Shown piece by piece: positions 18,482 through 27,172 of a stretch of 64,000 bases of DNA (its first letter is position 1; each line of letters begins with the position of its first letter). The stretch lies in NCBI GenBank assembly GCA_016793885.1, contig JAEUHE010000236.1, positions 15,876 to 79,875 on the forward strand, in the 5' to 3' direction. Both the position numbers and the translations under genes were made by a program. The notes under the pieces are model-generated. The model made no database searches and was not told the origin of the DNA. It saw only the letters and a program-made list of their open reading frames with translations. Origin of the DNA: Verrucomicrobiales bacterium. GTDB taxonomy: Bacteria; Verrucomicrobiota; Verrucomicrobiia; Limisphaerales; UBA11320.

Positions 18482-19924
18482 TCACCCCTGATCCAGCCGG
18501 GATCTGAGTTCTGAAGGGAGGGCAATCTCGCTTTGAACTTTGAGCCATCGCAGCGCGCCGGGATGGTCCTGGAACTCGCCCTCGAGTTGGGCTTCGAAGG
18601 CGGCGTGGAGGATTGCTCCCATTTCCTTTCCAGGCGACATGCCCAAGGCGAGCAAATGCCGACCGAGCAGGATTCCCTTGGGCGCCTGGTGCTGGAGGCA
18701 GAGCTGCCCGGCCTTGGCCCGCAGGTCCACCAGGGTTTGGGGAAGGACCGCCGGTCGCGGGGGGCGGCCGAGACAATCGGCCGCCATGACGACACAGAGG
18801 CCCTCGATCGTCTCCGGCTGGAGCCGATTGGCCAACCTTCGCACCGCGCGATCAGTCGAGGCTTGCAGGTGTGCCAGGTGGTTGATCACCAGGGGAAGCA
18901 CTCGGGCCACAATGTCATTGGGAGCTTTGAGGCGCTCAAGAAATGTCTGGGCCAGCGGACCGCCGGCTGCCTCGTGTTCCGGCGAGACAATTCGCATTTT
19001 TCCGTGGCGGAGTTCCTGCCGGGTCGTGCTGGGTTTTCCGAAGTCATGGGCGAGAATGGCCAGCATCCAGGTCACCCGCGATGCTTCGTCGGCCCGCTGC
19101 CATTCCGGCAGTGCGACCATGGCATCGCAGCAATGGCCCGTGTGAACGAACACATCGCCCTCCGGATGCCACTCTGGATCCTGGGGCACACTCCGCAGTT
19201 GGGCCACTTCGGGGAAGTGCTCAATCCATCCGGTATCACTTAGAAAACGGAGACCAGCTGAAGGTCGAGTGCTTCGACTGGCCCACTTAAACCATTCGTC
19301 GCGGATTCGTTCGGGCGCGAGTTCCGTACAGCTGGGGGCGATCTGTCGGCACAGTTCGATAGTTTCCGGCGCCGGGGAGAGATCGAATCGGGAGACGAAC
19401 TGCATGCCGCGCAGGACTCGCAGCGGATCCTCGAAGAACGCGTTGCTGGTATGGCGAAGAATGCGTTTTTCGAGATCGGCCAACCCGCCGTGGCAATCGA
19501 TGATCTGACGTTGGCGTGGATCAAACAGCAGGGCGTTGACGGTGAAGTCGCGTCGGGCGGTGGCTTCGGCGAGATCGAGGCTGGGATCGAAGCTGGTTTG
19601 GAATCCTTTGTGCCCGGTCCCGACCTTGGAGTCGCGGCGCGGGAGTGAAAAGTCGAAAGTCTGGCCGGGACGCGTGGTGAGCTTGATCACACCGAACGAC
19701 TTGCCGACCAGGTCGAGTTTCCCGAAAGGGGCCAGGAGGCGTCCGAGCGAATCGAAGCTGTGGCCGAAGACCTCGACATCGAAGTCCTTGCAGTCGCGAC
19801 CGATCAGCGCATCGCGAACGCCGCCGCCGACAACATAGGCTCGTTCGAGGCCGGGAGTGTTGCAGAGGATCTCGCGCAGGTCCGCGGGCAGCGAAATATC
19901 GATCGAATGCGTCAGGCACGGCAT
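18482..19924 (-). CDS. cca: CCA-adding tRNA nucleotidyltransferase / poly(A) polymerase family protein with HD domain
   Basis: The 480-aa ORF has the nucleotidyltransferase head motif YVVGGGVRDALIGRDCKDFDVEV, an RRDFTVNAL motif and the HD-domain motif ILAHDFGKP. ATG checked at 19922-19924. Confidence 0.8.
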   Translation of the reverse strand: MPCLTHSIDISLPADLREILCNTPGLERAYVVGGGVRDALIGRDCKDFDVEVFGHSFDSLGRLLAPFGKLDLVGKSFGVIKLTTRPGQTFDFSLPRRDSKVGTGHKGFQTSFDPSLDLAEATARRDFTVNALLFDPRQRQIIDCHGGLADLEKRILRHTSNAFFEDPLRVLRGMQFVSRFDLSPAPETIELCRQIAPSCTELAPERIRDEWFKWASRSTRPSAGLRFLSDTGWIEHFPEVAQLRSVPQDPEWHPEGDVFVHTGHCCDAMVALPEWQRADEASRVTWMLAILAHDFGKPSTTRQELRHGKMRIVSPEHEAAGGPLAQTFLERLKAPNDIVARVLPLVINHLAHLQASTDRAVRRLANRLQPETIEGLCVVMAADCLGRPPRPAVLPQTLVDLRAKAGQLCLQHQAPKGILLGRHLLALGMSPGKEMGAILHAAFEAQLEGEFQDHPGALRWLKVQSEIALPSELRSRLDQG

Positions 19925-20041
19925 TGGCGCCGATTAAACCCGGGCCGAGCCAGGGTAGCAAGCGTGTGCGAGGCTCACCTGCTAGGACGGAACTGATTTT
20001 TTCCGAGTGAGGGCAGCGGGTTTTCCCTCCGGGGAGCCGGG

Positions 20042-20352
20042 GCTCTGGTCTTCACCTCCCAAAATGGGTACTAAACAAGTTGTAGGGGATCTTCACGTGT
20101 TCGCGTGAGTTCCTGAACCCGAAACCGAGAACGCGCAGGGTTCAAAGAGATTACGGGGCGTGGAGCGCAGCGACACCCCCGGTCTTTCGGCTCCTAAATA
20201 AACAGCACCCTGAAAGGCGTGCCACCCGTCGGCCAATGGACTGACGAACTGAGGAGGTTCCTTAAAGCGGTTGACGCAAGTCTCAGAAGCCAGTGGCATC
20301 GCTGCGCGATGCTCCGTACTTTCAACAGTTCCGGGGGTGCGAGCACCCCCGG
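20042..20352. repeat. ~310-bp composite repeat, copy 1 (left flank of the RHS cassette); part of a ~390-bp element with imperfect terminal inverted repeats (20054..20444)
   Basis: It aligns by eye along its whole length with 23043..23353; most positions are identical, with a few 1-2 nt indels. Its ends, ACCTCCCAAAATGGGTACTAAACAAGTTGT (20054-20083) and the reverse complement of 20415-20444, match at 24 of 30 positions (hand count). Confidence 0.75.
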
Positions 20353-20557
20353 CTATTCTCTTTGAACCCTGCGGGTTCGAGCCCTTCCGACAAGTTGGGA
20401 AACACCGGTATCAGCCCACTTGTGTGGTCCCCATTTTTGGAGGTAAAGATCAGAGTCACACCCCGCTAGAACTAGGGTGTGACTCACGGTTAATCTGCCG
20501 TTAACCCCTAGTTTATGGGATTGTTTGATCCGGGTGAGCTGGCAGGCTCAGGAGAGA

Positions 20558-21934
20558 ATGTTCGATACCACTCCAGTGAACGATCGCAGGCGCGAGGCGG
20601 CCGAGAGCCTCCGCTTTGGCGGGTGTTCCTCGACGGCGTGGAGCCTTGGGTTCCTCTCCCTTCTCTTCATACTCTCCGGACTCATTCCAGCGGTTGCAGC
20701 CGAATCGTCTTCTGCGCACTCCCTGACGACGAGGGTTTTGTATGACGCCGATGGCCAGCGGGTGGGGAAACAGACGGTTCGATGGGATGAGGTTCAGCAG
20801 CGATGGCGAACGAACCTGACGCGATTCGTTATCGACCCGCAGCATCCGAGTGGCTATGCGCAGCGACTGGCTGAGCAGGGGGAGGGTGGGGAAGGGGACC
20901 GTGCCTACCTTCATGGCGTACATCCCATCACGGAAGTGGGGCGAGATGGAGCGCGTTACGCGGTGGTAGATGGACATCACTCCGTGCGAGGGCAAGTGGA
21001 GGAACGAGGAGAGCTCGCTGGACTACGTAATTACGATGCTTTTGGCGGTGAGTTGCCTGGCGGAATCGCGACGAAATGGGAGACGGATTGCGAAGCGGCC
21101 GGTTATGCCGGCGAGTTCTATGACTCGGCCAGCGGGTTACTGGATCTGCGCGCCCGGCACTATGAACCGCATCTCGGCCGATTCCGAACGATGGATTCCT
21201 ATGAGGGCCGACCGGAGCTTCCGGCGGGTCTCCACAAATACAGCTATTGCGAGAATGAGCCGGTGAATCATACCGATCCGAGCGGACATGAGTCCCTGGG
21301 AATGCAGTCTGTCACCTCGGGTGGTATCGGGACCGTGGCTCGGATGGCGCTTCCGACCGTCGGCCGAGCTTTCGTTCATTCACGGAATCTGATCGGTAGA
21401 TCCCTGGTGCAGGCGACGAGACTGCGGAGGGGCGATCCGATGGAGTATTTAACCGGCCGCGGAGTCGGTGCACTTGCTGGTCTCGCCACGGTAGCGACGG
21501 GGCTGGGGTTGGGACTTGCTTTTGAGGATGATGACGAGACTGAAGGAAGGATTCTTTATCGAGGGATGTCCGGCCAGTCCATGCCAGACTTACTGCCTGA
21601 TGGGGAAACCCAAGTTGGGTCGTATCTTGGGATTCGTCCGAAGGATATTGAAAATGTTCGCGATGGTATGGTGATGCCAACGGATCAGGGCCTCTCGGTT
21701 ACCCCGAATAACCCTTCACTCATGCACCCGTTCATTCTAGGAAAAATCGCCAACGGGAAAGCTCGAGTTTGGGGCATATACGAGGGCCTCGTAGATCCTC
21801 GTTTGACGGTCAGGCCTGACCCCAAAGACTTGGAAGGGCATGCTTTTATAGGAGTTTCTGCCCCGATGCCGGTCGCTGAGTTTAAGAGGCGGATCTATGA
21901 GACGCAGCCGCTGTGGTCACCATTAACACCGTGA
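20558..21934 (+). CDS. short secreted RHS-repeat-core protein with variable C-terminal toxin domain (polymorphic toxin)
   Basis: Track ORF 20525(TTG)..21934. ATG 20558 is preceded by AGGAGA. A hydrophobic signal/TM segment is present (WSLGFLSLLFILSGLIPAVAA). YD repeats: YDADGQRVGK, YDAFGGEL. RHS core end: YAGEFYDSASGLLDLRARHYEPHLGRFRTMD ... YSYCENEPVNHTDPSGH (DPSGH at 21275-21289). A ~214-aa C-terminal domain of unrecognised family follows. Confidence 0.8.
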   Translation: MFDTTPVNDRRREAAESLRFGGCSSTAWSLGFLSLLFILSGLIPAVAAESSSAHSLTTRVLYDADGQRVGKQTVRWDEVQQRWRTNLTRFVIDPQHPSGYAQRLAEQGEGGEGDRAYLHGVHPITEVGRDGARYAVVDGHHSVRGQVEERGELAGLRNYDAFGGELPGGIATKWETDCEAAGYAGEFYDSASGLLDLRARHYEPHLGRFRTMDSYEGRPELPAGLHKYSYCENEPVNHTDPSGHESLGMQSVTSGGIGTVARMALPTVGRAFVHSRNLIGRSLVQATRLRRGDPMEYLTGRGVGALAGLATVATGLGLGLAFEDDDETEGRILYRGMSGQSMPDLLPDGETQVGSYLGIRPKDIENVRDGMVMPTDQGLSVTPNNPSLMHPFILGKIANGKARVWGIYEGLVDPRLTVRPDPKDLEGHAFIGVSAPMPVAEFKRRIYETQPLWSPLTP

Positions 21935-21952
21935 AGTGAAGGAGGGGAGAGA

Positions 21953-22462
21953 ATGGCTATACTGTTTATGCTGGTTGCGGAATGTGGCTCCGACGAACCC
22001 AGTGCCCATCGGATCGTGGAGCACTTTCTTCAGGTGAGTTGGGTGCTTTCAGACGGTTCGCCCATGTTCTTCAAATCAGACTCGAACGACGTATGGTGCC
22101 GAGGCGGTGTGTTTTGGTGCAGTGTCTTTCCCGACGGAGTGAGCGCGAGTGGGGCAAGCCAACGCATCACAAGCGATGCCCTGAGAGTTGAAATTGTAAA
22201 GCGGGGCTATCAGGAATTGAGAAGGGTGGATCTCTTTCGTTTTGCGCTCATTGGTTGGGAGGCTGCAACACAGTGCGATTTGGATGAAATCCTGCAGGCT
22301 ATGGTTGATCCTGACTCGTTGCCGCGGGGTTTGGTGATCAACGATGATCTGTGGTCAAAACTTGGCTCCCCGCGCGCGTTTGAGCGGTTTGGTCAGCGCT
22401 CCTGGTGGAGACCATTGAGGGATCAGGATTACCTCAACTTGGTGAGCACTCGCAGGCGGTGA
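21953..22462 (+). CDS. putative cognate immunity protein (paralogue 1)
   Basis: The 169-aa ORF starts 18 nt after the toxin stop and is preceded by GAAGGAGG. It is clearly paralogous to the next ORF: MAILFMLVAECG / MAFLFMLAAECG, FPDGVSASG / IPDGVSAGG, FRFALIGWEAA / FRFALVGWEAA, SWWRP / TWWRP. I recognise no family. Confidence 0.6.
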   Translation: MAILFMLVAECGSDEPSAHRIVEHFLQVSWVLSDGSPMFFKSDSNDVWCRGGVFWCSVFPDGVSASGASQRITSDALRVEIVKRGYQELRRVDLFRFALIGWEAATQCDLDEILQAMVDPDSLPRGLVINDDLWSKLGSPRAFERFGQRSWWRPLRDQDYLNLVSTRRR

Positions 22463-22504
22463 AGGGTCTGTCGTGTGTTTCACGCTGAGAAGGAGAGAAT
22501 CACC

Positions 22505-23005
22505 ATGGCTTTCCTATTCATGCTGGCGGCGGAGTGCGGACAACATCGGAGGTCTGCCGAGCTCATTGTTCAACACTTCGAGAGCATCCGATTCGAGTTG
22601 TCGGATGGCAATAGTATTGGGTTTAGCCACGATCCAGGGGCTATCTGGACCCGGGGAGACGTGATCTGGTGCTGGGCGATTCCGGACGGAGTCAGCGCGG
22701 GTGGACTCCCACAACGGGTCTGCACGACAGCTGCAAGAGTAGAACTTACAAAACTTATCCATGCGGAGCTAAGATTGCTTAAGGGATTCCGGTTTGCGTT
22801 GGTGGGATGGGAAGCTGCTTTAGGCCCGGACTGGAACGAGATCGTGAAAGAGGTAGCGACTCCCGAGTTGCTACCGCCTGGGCTTATCATTGACGACGAT
22901 CTCTACAGGACTTTGGGTTGTCCTAACGGGTTCGAGCCCTTCGGGGAGGGAACTTGGTGGCGACCCGTGTCCGACGAGGTTTATACCCAGATCATCGCAT
23001 TCTAA
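22505..23005 (+). CDS. putative immunity protein (paralogue 2)
   Basis: Track ORF 22475..23005. ATG 22505 aligns with the start of paralogue 1 and is preceded by AAGGAGAG. Confidence 0.6.
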   Translation: MAFLFMLAAECGQHRRSAELIVQHFESIRFELSDGNSIGFSHDPGAIWTRGDVIWCWAIPDGVSAGGLPQRVCTTAARVELTKLIHAELRLLKGFRFALVGWEAALGPDWNEIVKEVATPELLPPGLIIDDDLYRTLGCPNGFEPFGEGTWWRPVSDEVYTQIIAF

Positions 23006-23042
23006 GGACTTCCCTCCGGGGGAGGCGGGAAAGCGGTAGAGG

Positions 23043-23353
23043 GCTCTCATCTTCGCTTCCAGAAATGGGGGCTACACAAGTTGTAGGGATCCTCACGTGT
23101 TCGCGTGAGTTCCTGATGCCGAAGCCGAGAACCCGTAGGGTTCACAGAGATTATACGGGGCGTGGAGCGTAGCGACACCCCCGGTCTGTCGGCTCCTGAG
23201 TAAATAGCACCCTGAAAGGCGTGCCAACCGTCGGCCAATGGACTGACGAACTGATAGATTCCTTGAAGCGGTTGACGCAAGTCTCCGAAGCCAGTGGCAT
23301 CGCTGCGCGATGCTCCGTACTTTTAACAGTTCCGGGGGTGCTGGCACCCCCGG
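23043..23353. repeat. ~310-bp composite repeat, copy 2 (right flank of the RHS cassette)
   Basis: It is a direct repeat of 20042..20352, offset by almost exactly 3.0 kb and carrying the same order of sub-blocks: CACGTGTTCGCGTGAGTTCCTGA, GGCGTGGAGCG.AGCGACACCCCCGGTCT, AGCACCCTGAAAGGCGTGCCA, GGCCAATGGACTGACGAACTGA, GCGGTTGACGCAAGTCTC, GCCAGTGGCATCGCTGCGCGATGCTCCGTAC, CCGGGGGTGC.AGCACCCCCGG. Confidence 0.75.
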
Positions 23354-23509
23354 AGGCGTCAAAAAACACGGAGCATCGCGCAGCGATGCCACCGGCTTCT
23401 GGAGCTTGTTTCACGGCTATTCAACAAACAAGAGCCTTTCGTCAACCTACGCGCCTGCGGGTGGCACGCCTTTCAGGGTGCTGTTCCATAGGGGGATGAC
23501 AGACCGGGG
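23179..23509. repeat. ~330-bp nested imperfect palindrome centred on CCGGGGGTGCTGGCACCCCCGG (23332-23353)
   Basis: Four arm blocks recur in inverted order on both sides of the centre: CCCCGGTCTGTC / GACAGACCGGGG, AGCACCCTGAAAGGCGTGCCA / GTGGCACGCCTTTCAGGGTGCT, GGCATCGCTGCGCGATGCTCCGT / ACGGAGCATCGCGCAGCGATGCC, and the central hairpin. Confidence 0.7.
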
Positions 23510-23681
23510 AGGCAGGTGCCAGAGGGACCCGAGTTATGAGTTGAAGTGAGTTATGAGTTGCCCAAGTGGGATCGTCCGGGCACGGACGATCAAAGCGGGG
23601 GCGAATACTCACGCTCCCAACTCGTCACTCATCATTCATGACTGCTTACGTCGTCTCCTACAGTTTCAACCCCCTCGTGGA

Positions 23682-24752
23682 TCACTCGGCGAAGCGGGCG
23701 TGGATGGCTTTCGCGATGGTGGCGAAGGCTTGGGCCGGGGCTTCCTTCGGAGCGGAAACCGTCACGGGCGTTCCTTGATCGCCACCGATCCGAATCGCGG
23801 TGTAGAGGGGGATCTCACCTAGGAACGGAAGATGAAGTCGCTCGGCCTCCGTTTTCCCGCCGCCATGACCGAAAATCTCCAGTCGCTCGTTGTTAGGGGT
23901 CACGAAATAGCTCATGTTCTCCACGAGCCCCAGAATGGGCACGTTCACTTTCTCGAACATCGCGATCCCTTTGCGGACCACTCCCAATGAAGCCTCCTGA
24001 GGCGTGGTGATCACCACCCCGCCATCCAACGGCACGGTCTGACACAAGGTCAGCTGGGCATCGCCCGTGCCGGGGGGGAGGTCGACGAGCAGGTAATCCA
24101 GGTCGCCCCAAGCTACCGAAAAAATGAACTGCTGGATCGTTTTGACGATCATGGGCCCACGCCATATGACAGGGGCGTCGCCGTCGAGCAGGAAGCCCAT
24201 GCTCATGAGCTTCACGCCGTGGTTGGAGACGGGCACGAGCTTCTCCTCGTCATTCACCGTCGGACGTTCTTTGACGCCCATCATGAGGGGAATGCTCGGG
24301 CCGTAGATGTCGCAATCCAGAAGTCCAACCTTGAGTCCCAGTTGGCTCAGCGCACAGGCGAGGTTGACGGAGCAGGTGGACTTGCCCACGCCGCCCTTGC
24401 CGCTCGCCACCGCGATGATGCGCTTGATGCCCGCCACCCGGCTCTGATTCGACCAGGGGTTTGGACCGGCAGCAGCTTGGGCTGTTCCCGCGGCAGGCGA
24501 TGGGCCGGCGGGCAGTTTGACTTCGATGTGGGTATGGGAAATGCCGGGAATCGACTTCAGCACGCGTTCGCATTCCGCTTTCAGCTGGGCCGCAATCTCG
24601 GCGTTCGGAGTCGTGAGCGCGAGCAGCAGACTGACGGCTCCCTGGTTGGCCGCTACGTTCTTGACCAGGCCAAAGGAAACGATGTCGCGGGAGTAACCAG
24701 GATATTTAACTGCTTTGAGCGCCTCGGTGATGGTGGAGGGATTCAAGTCCAT
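23682..24752 (-). CDS. apbC: Mrp/NBP35/ApbC-family Fe-S cluster carrier ATPase
   Basis: Track ORF 23682..24812. ATG 24752 (checked) gives MDLNPSTITEALKAVKYPGYSRDIVSFGLV, a DUF59/MIP18-like N-terminal domain. The deviant Walker A motif is VASGKGGVGKST. The start lies 25 nt downstream of the desulfurase stop. Confidence 0.85.
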   Translation of the reverse strand: MDLNPSTITEALKAVKYPGYSRDIVSFGLVKNVAANQGAVSLLLALTTPNAEIAAQLKAECERVLKSIPGISHTHIEVKLPAGPSPAAGTAQAAAGPNPWSNQSRVAGIKRIIAVASGKGGVGKSTCSVNLACALSQLGLKVGLLDCDIYGPSIPLMMGVKERPTVNDEEKLVPVSNHGVKLMSMGFLLDGDAPVIWRGPMIVKTIQQFIFSVAWGDLDYLLVDLPPGTGDAQLTLCQTVPLDGGVVITTPQEASLGVVRKGIAMFEKVNVPILGLVENMSYFVTPNNERLEIFGHGGGKTEAERLHLPFLGEIPLYTAIRIGGDQGTPVTVSAPKEAPAQAFATIAKAIHARFAE

Positions 24753-24777
24753 GGTGCGGTAGTCTAGTCTTAGGCGG

Positions 24778-26043
24778 TCAGTGGGCGGCTTTACCAGAGA
24801 CGGCGGCGGCATGCGCTGAAAACGACACCCCTCGGCCGGTTGGATTGATGACGGAATCGATCACTCCGCTCTCGAACTCCTCCCACATGGGCGACATGGC
24901 CCGCAGTTTGGTGACGATCTTGGAGAAGGATTCCACGACGTAGTCAACCTCCTCCTCCGTGTTGTCCTGGCCCAAAGTCATGATGATGTTTCCCTGCGCC
25001 AGGGCATGGTCGAGTCCAATGGCTGCCAACACATGCGAGATCTTCAGCGATTTGCTCACACAACTTGACCCGCTGGCCACGGCGATTCCAGCGACATCCA
25101 GGCTGAGCAGCTGTCCTTCGCCTTCAATAAACTCAGTGCTCAGGTTCAGGTTGGTGGAGATCCGCTCGGGCCCGGGCTCCGGCCCGTTGAGCTTGATGTA
25201 AGGAATCTTCTCTTTGAGCCCCTTCCATAGACGAGCTTGGAGGCGCGCCGTGTGGGCTGCGCGGGCAGGCATTTCGCGCACGGCAATCTCGGCGGCCAGG
25301 CCGCCACCAACGATTGCGGGCACATTTTCGGTTCCGGCGCGGCGTCCGCCTTCTTGGACGCCACCATGCAGGATGCTCACGAGTCGGGCTTTCCGATTCC
25401 GATACAGGATCCCGACGCCCTTGGGCCCGTAGAAACGATGCGGGGAAAAGGAGACCAGGTTGGCTCCCATGGCCTGAACATCGATGGGTAACCATCCGGC
25501 GCTGGCTTCGCAATCGACGTAGAACGGGATCGACTTCTCATTCAACAGCCGGCCGATCTCGGCGATGGGCTGGATCGTGCCAATGTCGTGGTTCACGTGG
25601 TGAACCGCCACCAGCACGGTCTTGTCGGTGAGCGCGGCAGCGACATCCGCCGGTTTGATCCGGCCTTCGGCATCGACCGGCACGCGGGTGCAGGTCCAAC
25701 CCTGTTTCTCCAGAAACTCCACCGAATTGACGACGGAGGGATGTTCGGTTGCGGAAATCACCAGGTGCTTGCCGCGACGCTCGTTCGCATAGGCAACGCC
25801 TTTGATGGCCAAGTTCGCCGACTCGGTGCCATCCGAGGTGAAGAAAATCTCTTCCTCGCTTTCGGCGTTGATCATCGCCGCGATGCGCGCGCGCGCCTTC
25901 TTGAGTGCATCCCGAACCTGAAGTCCGTAGTGATGGAGCGAGCTGGGATTGCCGAAGGCCTCGGTGAAAAAGGGTTTCATCTCCTCGAAAACCTCGGGGA
26001 GGAGGGGCGTTGCCGACTGATGATCGAGAAACACGTGTTTCAT
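24778..26043 (-). CDS. iscS: group I cysteine desulfurase (NifS/IscS type, PLP-dependent)
   Basis: The 421-aa ORF reads MKHVFLDHQSATPLLPEV...FGNPSSLHHYG. A class-V aminotransferase pattern is present. The catalytic-loop Cys is in ASGSSCVS. The C-terminal MSPMWEEF resembles the IscS LSPLWEMY tail. Confidence 0.85.
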   Translation of the reverse strand: MKHVFLDHQSATPLLPEVFEEMKPFFTEAFGNPSSLHHYGLQVRDALKKARARIAAMINAESEEEIFFTSDGTESANLAIKGVAYANERRGKHLVISATEHPSVVNSVEFLEKQGWTCTRVPVDAEGRIKPADVAAALTDKTVLVAVHHVNHDIGTIQPIAEIGRLLNEKSIPFYVDCEASAGWLPIDVQAMGANLVSFSPHRFYGPKGVGILYRNRKARLVSILHGGVQEGGRRAGTENVPAIVGGGLAAEIAVREMPARAAHTARLQARLWKGLKEKIPYIKLNGPEPGPERISTNLNLSTEFIEGEGQLLSLDVAGIAVASGSSCVSKSLKISHVLAAIGLDHALAQGNIIMTLGQDNTEEEVDYVVESFSKIVTKLRAMSPMWEEFESGVIDSVINPTGRGVSFSAHAAAVSGKAAH

Positions 26044-26242
26044 AGCTGTGTAAGGCTCTACTGCGAAGTGCCAAGGGTGACGAGAAAGTTTTTTCTTTCC
26101 TGCGGGAAGGATTCACCTTTCGCAGGTCGCGAATTGTCCTATCGGACGCAAGAATGCTCCAGCAACGGCGCGTCGAAGGCTGAGACCCCTGGAACCATCA
26201 GGTTCTCCGGGGCGTACGAAGGAGGCGAGTGGAGCTCGCGAA

Positions 26243-26665
26243 TCAGACCGTGGCTGCGGTCTTGGCGGTCTCGGTGGATTCCGGATTCTTTTTGACGTAA
26301 TCCTCGAGAGCGGCCTTGAGGGCTTCCTCGGCGAGCACCGAGCAATGGATCTTTACCGGGGGGAGGCCTCCGAGGGCATCCACGACCTCTTGATTGGAGA
26401 AGCTCATGGCCTCCTCGATAGTGCGACCCTTGATGAGTTCGGTGGCCATGCTGGAACTGGCGATCGCGGAGCCGCAGCCGAAGGTCTTGAACCGCGCATC
26501 CTCGATGCGGCCGTTCTTGATCTTCAAACTGATTTTCATGATGTCTCCGCAGGCGGCAGCGCCGACTTCGCCGATACCATCGGCGTCCTTGATGTCCCCC
26601 ATGTTGCGGGGATTCAGGAAGTGATCCATCACGGTTTGATTATACAGAGTGTAGGTTTCGCTCAT
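26243..26665 (-). CDS. iscU: Fe-S cluster scaffold protein IscU/NifU N-terminal type
   Basis: Track ORF 26243..26854, but Met64 (ATG at 26663-26665, checked) gives the canonical start MSETYTLYNQTVMDHFLNPRNMG. The three scaffold cysteines are present (AACGD, FGCGSAIASSS, IHCSVLAE). The longer version would overlap the Rrf2 gene. Confidence 0.9.
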   Translation of the reverse strand: MSETYTLYNQTVMDHFLNPRNMGDIKDADGIGEVGAAACGDIMKISLKIKNGRIEDARFKTFGCGSAIASSSMATELIKGRTIEEAMSFSNQEVVDALGGLPPVKIHCSVLAEEALKAALEDYVKKNPESTETAKTAATV

Positions 26666-26691
26666 GTGGCTTGTCCTCGTTGAAATTGTTG

Positions 26692-27165
26692 TCAGTTCTT
26701 TATTGAAAGGGCTTCGGTCGCCTCGCGGGCTTTGGCGCGCGCACGGGCGGCGCCGGCGGGAAGGTGTTTCTTTTCCAGGTCCGCAATCGTGGTGCGGGCG
26801 AAGACATCCTTCACCTGGTCCTGGGCTTGCTCGAACACGCTGCACAAGGCGCAACCTTCCTGGCGCTCACAGCTGGAGGCACTTTGAAGGCAGCGTTGGA
26901 GAGCCATCTTGCCCTCGATGGCTTCGAAGACTTCGAGGAGAGTGATCTGTTCGGCGGACCGGGCGAGGGTAAACCCGCCGCCGGAGCCGCGAACCGACCG
27001 AACCAATCCCGCTCGTGCCAGGCTCTGGAAGATCTTGCTCATGAAACTTGGCGGAGCGTCTTCCTCCTGGCTAATCTCCTCCACCATGACCGTTTGCCCC
27101 GGCGCTCGGCGCGCCAGGCAAATGAGCCCCATGGCTCCGTATTCGACTGCTCGAGTAATTTGCAT
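26692..27165 (-). CDS. Rrf2-family transcriptional regulator (IscR-like)
   Basis: The 157-aa ORF starts MQITRAVEYGAMGLICLARR and has a wHTH block (ISQEEDAPPSFMSKIFQSLARAGLVRSVRGSGGGFTLA). A Cys cluster, CLQSASSCERQEGCALC, is suited to an Fe-S ligand set. It is the first gene of the Fe-S operon. Confidence 0.85.
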   Translation of the reverse strand: MQITRAVEYGAMGLICLARRAPGQTVMVEEISQEEDAPPSFMSKIFQSLARAGLVRSVRGSGGGFTLARSAEQITLLEVFEAIEGKMALQRCLQSASSCERQEGCALCSVFEQAQDQVKDVFARTTIADLEKKHLPAGAARARAKAREATEALSIKN

Positions 27166-27172
27166 AAACCCA

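Noticed and set aside
26666-26854. The 63-aa N-terminal extension of the IscU ORF in the track (26243..26854)
   Set aside because: The extension overlaps the 3' end of the Rrf2 gene in another frame and is Arg/Pro-rich. The canonical IscU N-terminus (MSETYTLYN...) starts at ATG 26665.
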